DNA from: Podarcis bocagei
Taxonomy: Eukaryota
DNA: 64,000 nt
Direction: 5' to 3' (one strand)
NCBI GenBank assembly: GCA_964188305.1
Contig: OZ076894.1
Below the pieces are notes generated by a model, which saw only the letters and a program-made list of their open reading frames with translations, was not told the DNA's origin and made no database searches. The translations under genes were made by a program, and so were the position numbers. Of this stretch, positions 27,614-40,663 are shown piece by piece. Every line of letters begins with the position of its first letter. The first letter of the stretch is position 1.

Positions 27614-28388
27614 CTGCATCAATAATTGACAGAAAGACTGAGTGAGTCTGAATGAACGTGTATACCATGTAAACAGAAAAGCATCATTTCATGTCAATGG
27701 CAAAATTGTCTGGAAGTTAATCCAGGGCTAGTAATCCTCCTAATTTCATTGTCACCACCATCACCACCGACAAACTAATTATTTAGTCTAACAAACAATA
27801 ATCCATAGTTGTAGTTTAGCGTTTGGCTTTGCATTTATGGCAGTGTCCACTACAAATGATACAGAACTTTTCCATAATGTGCCTTGCAACAGGTACAAAT
27901 GCCCAAATAGCTTGGGCAGCGTTCAGGCAGAACTTGTTTTCCTGATGTTTCCTTAAGAGATATCAGCCACATTTTACGTGATCTTTCACAGCGTGTAAAA
28001 GCAGCTTCTGGAAATCTGGTGGAAACTACGGGAAATTTAGAGCGTATTTCTGTGATATGTTTTTCCGGCGGGGGGGGGGGACTTGTTTGCAACACCCCGA
28101 AAACCATAGGAGGTTTGTGCTGTAATCTCACGTGGCAGAATTTGGGGTGGTAATCCCAGTATACAGTTCTTTTTTGTCATGTTAAAATTTAGCGCAATGT
28201 GGCAGTGGCAGTATATCTATCAAAAAGCCACAATTTCATAATGCATTGTAAAAGGTCCTTATTAATTGAGACAGGAAGCATGAGTATTACTACTAGTAAA
28301 AGTAACACAATAAACCCCATGTATGAATGCAGGCTACATCTGGCAAAGCTTTCAAAGTAAGCAGCTCTTTCATACTACTGCTTCTTAC

Positions 28389-28514
28389 CTTCCTTGCAGT
28401 CGTGTTTGTTTTCATGTAGCACAAATCCATTGCGACATTGACATACATAGCTTCCTACAGTGTTGATGCATTCATGCTGGCAGCCACCATTGTCTTTAGA
28501 ACATTCATCCTTAT
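28389..28514 (-). CDS. TLL1: TLL1 coding exon, calcium-binding EGF2
   Basis: ttgtag|AT AAG GAT ... GAA G|gtaaga; 126 nt; (D)[41 protein letters not shown]. Confidence 0.97.
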
Positions 28515-28949
28515 CTACAAGATACACAGGACATTTGTTGTGAGTGGAATATCTTCCTCCAGTTTCCAGAATAAAGTATAGAACGGTTTAGTTACGTTTA
28601 AGTCCAGAAAAGGGAAAAACCAAGGCACTCGTTTTATCCTCTCTTTGTATGCCCATTCATTGCTCAACCTGCAACCTAGTGCAATGGCCATTCTAAAGCA
28701 AATCATTAACACCCAGGCCAACAAACCGCTGCCCATGTTTAATTTTTAGTGCAAAGCCCAAAATGCCTCCCCACTCTTACAGATCCACCTTCAGGCCACA
28801 AAACTGGGGAGGCATTGGGAAATTCCCCCCATCCTGAGGGGAAGCAAAATAAATTCTAGAAATAAACAAGGGACTATGGCTTTACCAAGAAGAGAGGGGT
28901 CAATGAAGGTCACCGTAATTTCCACCACAATGCCTTTTGAATGACACTA

Positions 28950-29175
28950 CAGTGGTACCTCGGTTTAAGAACAGTCCTGTTTAAGAACAATTCAGTTTAC
29001 GAACTCCGCAAAACTGGAAGTAGTGTCCTGGTTTGCGAACTTTACCTCAATCTAAGAACGGAATCCAAAAGGCAGAGGGCGCCTCATTAGGGAAAGCGTG
29101 CCTTGGTATAAGAACAGTTTTGGTTTAAGAATGGACTTCCAGAACGGATTAAGTTCGTAAACCGAGGTACCACTG
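28950..29175. mobile_element. Tc1/mariner (pogo/Tigger-like) MITE
   Basis: TA|cagtggtacctcggttta ... taaaccgaggtaccactg|TA. Confidence 0.93.
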
Positions 29176-30459
29176 TACATCCAAGTGAGGCATTTGGGGG
29201 ACGATGGTGCCATGTCAGTAAACACCCTGCTCTGTGAACATCTAGAATTTCTTATTCCTGATCCCCATATTCTTATTATATTTCTCTCATTTCATCCTGA
29301 CCCCACCCATTTTTGGGGGGAGGGGGTGGCACAGAAGAGAAAAGACTCTCGGCGGGGGGGGGGATGGGCCCATGTCTATAATTTTAAATTATAACTAATT
29401 TTCTTTGTTCCAACAATGTTTCACCAGCAGGTGTGGCAGCATCTGAGTTTATGCTGGGTGTTCGACAAAACCTCCCCTTGCTTTACAGTCCCAAACAGGA
29501 AGCAAAAACATTGCTGATTAATCCTCTGAAGGGCTGCATTTGGCTTCATGGGTCACGACTCGTGCAGTTCTAATCAGTACTATTTAGATGCACGCAACAA
29601 AACAAAACAAAAACAAAAGTATTGAATTTATACCAGTGGCATTTTGGCAGCAGTACCAAAAGTGAGACGAAATAAAATTAGGCTGAACAAGATTCCAAGC
29701 TCAGCACATGCTGGTACTTCTTAATAATACATTGTGATTTATTACGGTTTTTCCCTCTCGAGACAGTGACAAAGGCGCTTTGATCACAATGAATCTGGAC
29801 ATGGCATAACACCTTAAAAAGCAAAACATATTTGAACAGTACATGAAAGAAATAGATGTTATGTATTGCAGGAAAATCTGTAGTAGTACCCTGTTTGCTG
29901 AGTAGTAATCCTCTAAAAATGCTTTTAGTGTGTTAGGCTAAAGCGGGGTGGGGGTGGGGGCAATGTGAGCTGAACTAAACAGCATAAAAATTCATTTGCA
30001 AGGAGAAAAGCCAAACTAGATTAAGAGGCAGTCATTCCAGCAAGACTGCTGCCCCCATTCAGCTGTTATTATTTTAGGTGGGGCTGATCCATTAAATCAA
30101 AACTGGCAAGACTTATTTCTGAAACATATTCAAAATGACACGCCACACTAGATGTTTGTAAGGCCCTCTCTTTTCAGCAAAGCTAAAATAATCAGAGTTG
30201 TTGATGGTTATATCAGAGACTGGAGGACAGTGGCACAGTGGAGGCAGAATGAAAAGAAGCAGAGCTCCAGGACTTTTCTCAGAGCAGGAATGACAATGTC
30301 TTCTACTGGAGTGATAAAGTTACCAGCAGGCCTTTCTTGCCTGGCTTTCAAGTTCATTAGGCTTTCAAGTTCATTAGCTGCAGATTAGTATAGAGGAACT
30401 GATTCACACAGAGAATGAAGAAGCTCACCAAGCTGAGGGTGGGTACCTCTTTCTTTTTA

Positions 30460-30795
30460 CAGTGGTGCCTCGCAAGACGAAAATAATCCGTTCCGCGAGT
30501 CTCTTCGTCTAGCGGTTTTTTCGTCTTGCGAAGCAACCCTATTAGCGGATTAGCGCTATTAGCGGCTTAGTGGCTATTAAAGGCTTAGTGGCTTAGCGGC
30601 TAAAAGGCTATTAGTGGCTTAGCGGCTTAGAAAAAGGGGGGGAGCGGAAAAAACCCGCAAGACTTGCAAGACGTTTTCGTCTTGCGAAGCAAGCCCATAG
30701 GGAAATTCGTCTTGCGAAGCAGCTCAAAAATGGAAAACCCTTTCGTCTAGCAGGTTTTCCGTCTTGCGAGGCATTCATCTTGCGGGGCACCACTG
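30460..30795. mobile_element. Tc1/mariner (pogo/Tigger-like) MITE with internal tandem array
   Basis: TA|cagtggtgcctcgcaagacgaa ... ttcatcttgcggggcaccactg|TA; internal ttagcggc-like units. Confidence 0.92.
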
Positions 30796-31330
30796 TACTC
30801 AGATAGGGCTCCTACTTCATGCCAGCTGTGTAAATTGTGACACTTATTTGCGAGCTGGCTGGCATTTCTGGTTAAAAGTGAAAGGGCTGTGTTTCAGCTG
30901 GCTGAAGGTATTTTGTTAAAGTTTGATGTGTTTTACAGATGGAACAAAAGCAGCTCAGCTGGTGGGGCAGAGACGCAATGATAACTTCTGGGCAGCGTCA
31001 TCACAGCTACGTACCAAGAGGGAGAGGTGGCAGAGAGCTCAGGACTGTGCAGTCACACTGGCAAAGCCATTCTGGCACTGCTGCCAGTGTGTGCCCGCAC
31101 AGCCCTGACTCCCTGCCACCTCACCCCCTCTCCATTTCAACAAGTGGCAGCAACATACCTGCCAGGAAGGTAGCTTTGCAACTGAATGCCACTGGCTGAG
31201 CCACTTCTGAAATTAAACCTATAAAGTGTGAAGTGAGCCCCACTGAGTTCAACTGAGCTTACGCCTAAGGAAACTATGCATAGGAGTGCAGTGACTGTGA
31301 CTGGGCATTAAGCTACGTATTGAAATGTGT

Positions 31331-31331
<1 letters not shown>

Positions 31332-31375
<44 letters not shown>
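31332..31375 (+). repeat. (GT)n microsatellite
   Basis: About 22 units. Confidence 0.95.
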
Positions 31376-31377
<2 letters not shown>

Positions 31378-33063
31378 AGGTGCAATGCATTAATTGCATT
31401 TTAGGACTCTCCCTGGGGAAGTATGGCTAATAGGGGCTGAATATAGCACCACAATGCTGTTACAGAAATGCATATTTAGGGAGGCAAAGCCCTCCCCTTC
31501 ATTAGGACACAGTAAAGGAAGTGTTATTGTCTGAACAAGACCAGCATGCAGTTATTTTATGTCATAGTTGGTACAGCCAAAATCACTGCACATGCGCAAG
31601 CTGCCTTTTACCATCAGTTTCTGGCAACAGCTTTTTATTTGCCCTGTGTTCTCTGTCCCTCTTCTTTAACTGAAACTTGCGTACAGTAATCCAAAGGAAC
31701 AAAATAGCTGCATTGTCCAGCACTCCAACATCCTACATGCTGAAATGTATGACCCACACAGACTCCTCTTCAAGAAGCTTGGAGGGATTTCACACATCAT
31801 CAGTTATTGGAAATAACTCTCTCTAGTCCTCCTCTTCCTGCAGGTATTTTCTCTCTCTCTCTCTGTTTCACCACATGGGGAAGCCTTTGTGAAAACTACC
31901 GGCACATAGGATTCTCACTTCCTGGCGAGAGTCCCTTCTATAAGCTAACGACACAAGCTTTGTGTCTCCCTACAACAAAACAAAGAAAAGGGACCAAGTT
32001 CTATGCAAAGTTTCTGCTGGCCCAATACAAATGTGGTCTGCCAGCAGGCTACTGACTTGCAGGGAAAATGTTAACTAATCTAAATGCTAGACTGTAATTT
32101 AATTAAATAGAAATGTGCCATTTACATTTGTGATCGTGCAAGGATCAGGAAAGCCAGCATCCGAAGAGCCCCTGTGTATACCCAAGGAAGCCTAGAAGGC
32201 TGTGATGCATGCAAAGAAACACTACATGCAGACTTTGGACTCCAGCCAAAACAAATGAGCATTAATTGGTGGAAAGATTCCAACTTAGACTGTTGAAGTT
32301 CATCCTGAAGCCTAGAGCAACAATACAGATATACCCATTTAGTGTGAGAAAGCTTGCTTTTTATCTCTTTAGAAAGCAAACCTGTGACAAATTTTCTCCT
32401 GCAAAAGGTAATGGAAAAGGCAAGCAGAGAACTGACCAGGGAATGGTGACCTTTCTAGCATTTCTTCTCCTTAACAAGCAGTTGACTAACAAACTGGTCA
32501 AATGTATAGAAAGTGAGCTCAAAAGTACTTATTACAAATAGCAGGTCCATGAATAAAGAGCTCTAATTTCTCAGAGGCTATCAAAGCCCTCTCTGTTCAA
32601 TCAAAATACCTGAAATGGAAAAGTCATGTTTGTGTATATTCCGTCAAAAGCTGTTTTGCTCAAGGTATATCTGCTTTATTGAAACAAATCTTTTGTTCCC
32701 TCTCTAGCGGTATTGTATAATGATCACAGGACAGAAAGTGAAACTTCAGCAGAATACAATAGTTTGGCACAGTTAGTGAATGGTGCAGCAAAAGTCTTAT
32801 CTACATTTTACATAAGCCAGTGTAGATTTCCCATCATGTGCATTCCAAATTGAAAATCTTAGAAGGGGAAAAAAATTAGTGATTAGTTAGAGAAACAAAT
32901 GTTTTGCTGACTAAATGCAAACCATTTGTTGTGCTCAAGAGATGGAACTCTGTCTCCCAGTTTTGAATGGATCCTTTGTGTATTTCTCTCTGTCAGTAAA
33001 AGGGAAAGATCCATTCTCAGCAATATGTTAGATTTTAACCATTCACAAGACATAAGGTCATAC

Positions 33064-33183
33064 CTCTGAGACCCTCAGAGGCCAGTCTGTGAATTATACG
33101 TACTTGGCCTGAAGGGGCAACCTCTATCAAGTCCTTGCATGATTCAAAAACAAAAATTTTCTCCTTGCAGGCAGCTCTCTTGT
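33064..33183 (-). CDS. Candidate alternative TLL1 exon (cassette, or terminal if read to the TAA at 33035-33037)
   Basis: Acceptor ttttttcctacag|AC AAG AGA GCT, donor AGAG|gtatga; 120 nt, phase 1-1, open in the TLL1 frame: (D)KRAACKEKIFVFESCKDLIEVAPSGQVRIIHRLASEGLR. No transcript evidence available. Confidence 0.4.
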
Positions 33184-33459
33184 CTGTAGGAAAAAATGTA
33201 CCAGGATGGCACCAAAAATGAGTGACTGAGTGATTCTTCAAACATCAATCTGCTCAAGGGCAGTTTCATTATAACTTTTCATCTGTTTATAGTAACATGA
33301 TCATTGCTATTCTACAATCCCACCTCCTCTGCCAATATACAGTCATATAGGATAATAAAATGAATTCATTTTCAGAATGGAACAAAACCAATTATACAAA
33401 ACTGATCATACAAAGAACAAACGTCACTGGAACACTAGAACTTTAGCGGTTAAACAATG

Positions 33460-33783
33460 TGAAGGAGCGTCTCCACCCCTATCGTTCTACCCGGACACTG
33501 AGGTCCAGCACCGAGGGCCTTCTGGCAGTTCCCTCACTGCGAGAAGCCAAGTTACAGGGAACCAGGCAGAGGGCCTTCTCAGTAGTGGCGCCTTCCCTGT
33601 GGAACACCCTCCCACCAGATGTCAAAGAGAACAACAACTACCAGGCTTTTAGAAGACATCTGAAGGCAGACCTGTTTCGGGAAGCTTTTAATGTTTGATG
33701 TATTATAGTATTTTAATATTCTTTTGGAAGCCGCCCAGAGTGGCTGGGGAAGCCCAGCCAGATGGGCGGGGTATAAATAATAA

Positions 33784-33826
<43 letters not shown>
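33460..33826 (+). mobile_element. L2-clade LINE 3' fragment with (TTA)n tail
   Basis: ORF KERLHPYRSTRTLRS...RAFSVVAPSLWNTLP...FRRHLKADLF; 3' end gggcggggtataaataataaa(tta)n. Confidence 0.92.
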
Positions 33827-33827
<1 letters not shown>

Positions 33828-35801
33828 GTATTTCAGCTTGGAATTAAACAAACTAATTAATAAGATGTTGTTGTTGTTATTGCTATTTTAAAGAATTAAA
33901 CTTATAATACTTCATTTATTTATAAAAGTTTCTTTTTTGGGGGGTGAAGTAGAATTCTGTGTTTACTCTGCTCTGAACCCACTGCAGTCTATCATATGTT
34001 AATATTTCTTCTTATGTATCCAATGATCCTCTAGATTTGGTTTCCTACTATATTTTTTCCTATTAAAACTTTTGCAGACTCTGGACTTTGAAGCTGTCAC
34101 TCAGTGTCAAACTGGACTGCAATGCAGGGGATCTATGATTAGGATTTTCTGTGGATTATTCTGAAGTTTGAAGGTCTTGGGAGGATTTTATTGACGCCAT
34201 GTTAGCTGGGTAGAGGGATTCAACCCTTCTATCAGAGCTATTTGCTCTGTATAAATACACCCAGGGCTGCTATTCACCCTGAAAGGGAAAATACGGAGGG
34301 AACCTTTTCCCCCATATGGGTGAATAATAGCTTATGGTAGAAGGGTTTAAATCATGAAAATGGAAGTTGAAAAGGGTTAAATCCCCACTCCTAGTGCTAT
34401 GGTTCCAGGCCAATTCTGCCATCTTCTTTGTTCTAATCAAAAAACTCTATTGATCCCATGATTCTGTTTCCTAACTGAGCTGCAGAAATCCAACCAGATG
34501 GGCATGTTTTCATATAATTCACCTTTCCAAATTAATTTTTTTATTCTTTATGATTCATAGGATCTTTATTTCATTACTATTAGCACATACACTACAATAG
34601 TCACAATAATAGTCCTTCAGAATCTGACTTCAGTGGCCTGATAAGCATCCTGACTTCTAACAAATGACTTCTAACATATGAACTTACACTGCCTCTTGTA
34701 AGCATAAAGTCATCTTTGTATACACTGTTAGATATTTTTCAAAAGGTGTCAGTGCTTTAAATTAGTATCCTGAATATGCCATCTGTATATTTCTCATAGC
34801 GTGTTTTTGGCCTAGAAGTTTCTGCATGTAGCCAAGAAAAGATTAGCAATGGTGTTATTTCAGTGGGAATGTTTAGCTATATTCATACTATAGTAGCAGT
34901 TATTCAGCTCTCCATTCAGCATTGATGTCCAGGAAATGCTATTTCCAACAGCGTCTGGCGTACAGGATTAGATTATGCTATCAACGCTACTAATTATTTA
35001 TGTTAAATTGTTAGTGAGATTCAGTAATCACTTGAATAGTCCCACTGCCCTCAGCTGCATAATCGTCTCCTACGCTCTTCAATGGCTCCACCCATTATCT
35101 CATTTTTGTCTCTATGCCTGGAAATTCCTTCCAGAATGCCTACCCACAGTCTTTCCTAGAAAATTCCTCCCTCCAAAAAATCAGTTTTCCCCTGAAGCTC
35201 TTGGCTTAGGGGGCAATCCTTAGGGAGAGATCAGATCCGCTGAACTGAGCAGCTTAGCATACAGAAGATCTCTAGCTCAGGGGGTTCCCCAATCCTGGAG
35301 GTAAACTGGGGGGGGGGCTGGAGGGGGCAGACTTACAATGGATCCCAAGTCTGTTTAGCTTGGTCACATGACCTGGCAACCCAGTCTAAATTAAGCTGCC
35401 CAAAAGGGTGGTGTAACTCAAAACACACAATGGACGTCAGTGGCGGGGACCTGATCCTCAGGAGCAGGCTCAGCTGGCAGCCCTGGCCACACTGCCATGA
35501 TAGACAACTCAGGATTTGTTATAACTCCCGGCCAATTGCACAGCCAGAACAGCAGGATATAAGCTGCACATCTCCCAGCCTCACTTCACTTTACTTCAGT
35601 CTTCCTGCAATAAGGTGTAGCCCACTCAGGAGAGGGGCTCAGGCACTTTGCGCTTGGGAAATCCGCTCCACAAAAACTGGACACTTTGAGCAATTGTCTA
35701 ACAGAAACCAAACACCGCAGGAATTGAAACAATGTGTTTATGCTAACATGTCTCTTCCAAGCTTCTTTTCCCAGCAGTAATGAGGCAGCTGCAGTCTAGA
35801 G

Positions 35802-36041
35802 CAAGGGTAGGCAAGCTAAGGCCCAGGGGCCAGATTGCCTTCTCAATCTGGCCCACAGATGGTCCAGGAATCAGCATGTTTTTACATGAGTAGAATGTGT
35901 GCTTTTATTTAAAATGCATCTCTGGGTTATTTGTGGGGCACAGGAATTCGTTCATTTCCCCCCTCAAAATATAGTCCGGCCCACCACATGGTCTGAGAGA
36001 TGGTGGACCGACCCATGGCTGAAAAAGGTTGCTGACCCCTG
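35802..36041. mobile_element. hAT-Charlie-like MITE
   Basis: 8-bp TSD gtctagag (35794-35801, 36042-36049); ends caagggtaggcaagct / aggttgctgacccctg. Confidence 0.88.
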
Positions 36042-36609
36042 GTCTAGAGAGTCAGGAAGGAGTCACAAGGAGTTGCAGCCATGGAGACAGAAAACAGTAT
36101 CAGGCTAGGAGGGGGATCCCTAGGAGATGCCTCAACAACACCCCAGTTCCTTATGTGGATGGCCAGTAATAGCCATCCTCTGCAGTGGTCAGCCCAGCCT
36201 TCCAAACAGCCCCGCAGCGCCCAGGACTACTGGTCACTCTGGGGTGTGAAGAAATGCCAAGCCCCCCACCCCAGACACAAACTCCACCTCCCTGCCCTGA
36301 CTACAACATGCTTTGGGATTGCTTTGCACGGCATCTGGAGTACCAGGACACCATGGATACATGGAGGGGTTGACAGTCCCAATGGGGGTTCCTCCCCATA
36401 AATTTGGGATTTCAGCCTGCAAGGTTGAATACTGTTTAAACTTCAGAAATGAGCAGGTATTTTCTGAAAGGACATTCAAAATTTAACTCACTGTGAGTAT
36501 TTGGTGTATAAAGCCATCATAAAAGAATCCAAACAATTTGTTGTAGTAAAATAAGAAGCTAACTTCATCAGATGGGCCTATCTTCTGTGTTTTGCAGAAA
36601 ATACATATA

Positions 36610-36821
36610 CAGTGGTACCTTGGTTGTCGAACTTAATCCGTTCCGGGAGTCCGTTTGACTCCCGAAACTGTTTGACAACCAAGGCGTGGCTTCCGATTGG
36701 CTGGAGGAGCTTCCTGAAGTCAAGCAGAAGCCGCGTCGGACATTCGGCTTCCGGAAAACGTTCGCAAACCAGAACACTTACTTCCGGGTTTGCAGCATTC
36801 AGGACAACCAAGGTACAACTG
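36610..36821. mobile_element. Tc1/mariner (pogo/Tigger-like) MITE
   Basis: TA|cagtggtaccttggttgtc ... gacaaccaaggtacaactg|TA. Confidence 0.92.
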
Positions 36822-37049
36822 TACAGACATATCTGTGTATAGCTAGGAAATACAGAACCATCATGTTAGTTCATCTATGAATCTCTCATTTAATTGTGAG
36901 GTTTCTAAGATGAGTTTAGGGGAAGGGGAAGTATGGAATGGTGGGTAAGCAATATTATCATCACAGGAAGGGATTAGAGACACTGGATGTCTTGCTACTG
37001 CTCAGCCAACCCTCAACAGAGATTTGAGTAGCTATGTTAACCTGTCCTC

Positions 37050-37800
37050 TCATCTGGTGGTGCCATTATTTAAGGCCACATCCAACCACTGTAAAATAAC
37101 TCTGATCATGGACAAAGTTTGCTAGGGGCTCTGTCCTTACTCAGCTTTGCCTGCTTGGGTTTTCTTCTTTTGCGAAGCACCAGATGAAGTTGGAGGGAAG
37201 CGATGTGTGGCAGTAATCCATAGGGGGGGCATAAATTTCACCAGGAAACCAATCCAAATGTAATAGCTGGATGTGAGGGTTTGCATTTGATGTTGGGTTA
37301 TGGGGAAAGGAGATCTTGTTAGTGTACCACCCACTGCATTGCCAACCACCTCCCTAACTGAGCTGGCAGGGGTGGTTTTGCAGTACCCCAAAATATTAAT
37401 CTTGGAGGACTTCGATATCCATGCCAATTCTGCTTTGGCTGGGCCAGCTCAGTACTTCATGGCCACCATGACAACCTTGAGGCTGTCTCAATTCATTGTG
37501 TCAGAGACACAACATAGAGGATTGCAAGGGATATAGTGGTTAGAACAGGGGTTGATTGTCATCACGTTGACATGGATGGACCCCAGTGAAGTTTGAACTG
37601 GTAGTGACTAACCCTCCCTGCAGGGGCAGGTGTACAGGCTGATCTGCTCCCAGAGACTGAGAGAATCTGGTGGATTTTTGAATGTTCTAGGGAATTTAGC
37701 AATCCTTGGCTTAGATGTATAATTATTAAACTCTGCTTTGCTTTAATGGCTCGATGATGGCAATCCAAAATGGCATGCCACAGAAATGTAATATCCCTTT
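37050..37800 (+). mobile_element. Old L2-clade LINE, endonuclease-region fragment
   Basis: ORF 37300..37536 has ILILEDFDIHA ... FMATMTTLRLSQ, a degenerate form of the APE-endonuclease GDFNIH motif; boundaries approximate. Confidence 0.65.
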
Positions 37801-38711
37801 TGACCACCTACACTACACAATAAATCAGAATAACTCTGAATATAAACGTTTAACTGTAAGTAAATAAAGTTCTTCATAAGTCTCCATGAAACAAAGCACA
37901 TATTAATCTGAGTCTGAGATTTTCTTTCCTGGTCTGCTAACATTTCTAAACAATCATAATTATTTTAAGAAACCCGCCCTTCAGGTCTGCAGTCCTTTAA
38001 CCTTCTTGTCTTTACAAATTATAACTTCTGCCAGATTACTTATCTGCTTTCTTGAATTTCTAAGCAACAACACACAGGCTGTAGTAAATCATCCAGCTAT
38101 TAGCGAAGCTGACCAGAGTGGAAACACCTTTACCTACACTTACGCTAGATAACATTTTATCAAAACTACAAGGGGGAAACTGTTGCAGTTAATTAAGTAT
38201 TGAATTCTTAAGGAACACAATCCATTGAGATATTCCCCTGCTCAAGTTCCAATGCTATATATGGGAGCTGCTTAAGGAGCCCCGCAAAAAAGTTTCAACA
38301 GTGGATCTCCGCTGTAATCTGTGGTCAAAGTCTTTAGGGTAACATACAAACATCACTTTGGAACAGGCAATCATTTTGACCAGAAACGTTTTAAAATTTA
38401 AAACAAAAGACACAGCAAGATTACTGTCCATCAATTGAAAGTGAATGACTTTAAGATATAGGACTCAAACCATAATCATTGATACAGTGTGCAATCTAGC
38501 CCAGACATCCTGATTATTGTTATTCAACCAAAGTGATTTTAATCTCCATTGCCTTCAGTGTGTGGGATTTAAGCACATACTGAAATCAATTGGATTTCAA
38601 GTAGCTTAACTACTCCTGCAGGCTGTTCCAAAAGCTAGCTAAAATGGAAAAGCTAAACTACATTCTATGACTGAAGGCCTTGACTCTTAGAATGTCATTT
38701 ACAGAACAATA

Positions 38712-39059
38712 AAGGTAAAGGTAAAGGGACCCCTGACCATTAGGTCCAGTCGTGGCCGACTCTGGGGTTGCGGCACTCATCTCACTTTATTGGCCAAGGG
38801 AGCCGGCGTACAGCTTCTGGGTCATGTGGCCAGCATGACTAAGCCGCTTCTGGTGAACCAGAGCAGCACACAGAAACGCCATTTACCTTCCCGCCGGAGC
38901 AGTACCTATTTATCTACTTGCACTTTGACGTGCTTTCAAACTGCTAGGTTGGCAGGAACAGGGACCGAACAATGGGAGCTCACCCCGTCGCGGGGATTCG
39001 AACCGCTGACATTCTGATTCTAGGCTTTGTGGTTTAACCCACAGCGTCACCCACGTCCC
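38712..39059 (-). mobile_element. Sauria SINE, near full length
   Basis: Minus-strand head gggacgtgggtgacgctgtgggttaaacc, (accttt)n tail, 13-bp TSD ttacagaacaata (38699-38711, 39060-39072). Confidence 0.92.
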
Positions 39060-39883
39060 TTACAGAACAATACACCACCACTATTCCAATCCACTAGGAT
39101 AGAGGGGTTTGGGATGACGTAGAAGTGGTCCTTCATTCAGCCTTGCCTGGTTGTTGGCAAAGGAGCTCTACTGATAAGAAGGGCCACAAGGCAGCTGCCC
39201 AAATGCAGAAACCCCTGTAATGAAGGGTGTTGGGTGCAGGAAAGGAAGGAGTTGGACTGGGACATGATGGCAACACCTCTTTGCTGCACCAGACTGGGAG
39301 CTGACGTAGCAAAGAGGCATTATTCCTCCTCCAGCCTGGCTGAGGTGAGTCAATGGATGTAGCTGGGGCTATGCCACTCCGCTAAGCCTCACCATGGCCA
39401 CCCAGGGATTCAGATTGCAGTTTTAGGAATCTACTTATTTCAGGGTTGTTGTATTAAAGATGGTTTATTTACTTAAAACGGAAAAGAAATGTCTTTGGCT
39501 CAATACACAAGTTTGTTTTAGTGTATCGGGACTTCATGTTAGGGGTCATAAGGCTTCTGTCTTGATAAAGGGGGAATCTTTCCTGCTTCCTAGGTGCCAC
39601 AAATATTAACATCATCAAACTCTTTTGATTGCCTCTTCAACTTCCACTTAGCCCTTAGTAGAGCTCAGACTCTTTATGAAATTTGACCACATTAACCTCT
39701 TCCAGAATGTGCAACCAGGACAAAGTATTTGGACATGTCAACTTAGCCATAAAGATTTCCTATGCCTAAAATTATTAGAGCAGAAAGCGCAGGTAAGGAA
39801 GGGAGATTTTTTCTTTCTCTGAAATTTCATGTAAAAAAGGTATCTGTTTGGGTAAGTGCCCCTTTTATATCATGCTTCTCTAC

Positions 39884-39954
39884 CCTGCTTGGCAGGGGGT
39901 TGGACTCAATGGCCCTTGTGGTCTATTCCAACTCTATGATTCTATGATTCTATG
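39884..39954 (+). mobile_element. Very short CR1 3' end
   Basis: Nearly identical to 19910-19980, with (ATTCTATG)n tail. Confidence 0.9.
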
Positions 39955-40482
39955 ACCTTTCCTAGGTGGAGAAACTTTAGAAAACAGAAAAGGGTATTTA
40001 ACATGAGTACCAAAGTGATACTAAATCAAAGATCCATTTATAATGTGATACCCAATGTTGTACAAGAGGAAATCTATTCAAGCAATGACACTTCCTTCCT
40101 CTCCTTTCCTGAAGACCCCTACTTGCCCCCTTAAAGCTGCTCTGACGTCCATTCTGTTTGCAGGCAGATTCAAATAGATACCATTCATATTCTTTCTAAA
40201 AGAAAGCTAGCATACTAGGACCATAAATGAGATATTCAGAATCTGGTCAGGTATATTCCCCTTCATGATCTTCCTCTTTATGATCATTATGGCTGTCTAA
40301 ATCTTACAATTAATATTATATTTGTTTTATTGAGTAGAAAATTGAAACTAAACATGTTAAGAGAATGTTCATTCATCAGCATCAATGAGCAAAAATTGCA
40401 AGCAAAAACTTTCCCTAGATTACGGACACCATAAACAACACACAATTCATAGAGACTGCACCCAAGGTGTTTGTTTTAATAC

Positions 40483-40663
40483 CTGAAAAGAAGTGAGCCT
40501 TGAAACCCTTTTTTGAGACTGTGTTATCCGACCTGAACTCGATTCTCATGTTGTTATATTGTGATGTGATAACTTCAGGCACTTCTGTACCACAAAATTT
40601 GCCATGCAGTTTGGAATCAGAAGAAAGGCCACTACGGATTTCTACATAATCATATTTACACAC
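40483..40663 (-). CDS. TLL1: TLL1 coding exon, CUB3 end
   Basis: tctcag|GTG TGT ... TCA G|gtatta; 181 nt; [60 protein letters not shown]. Confidence 0.97.

Noticed and set aside
34215-34400. Nested inverted repeats suggesting a miRNA or structured RNA
   Set aside because: Imperfect, with reiterated aagggttaaatc-like motifs more typical of an old DNA-transposon remnant.
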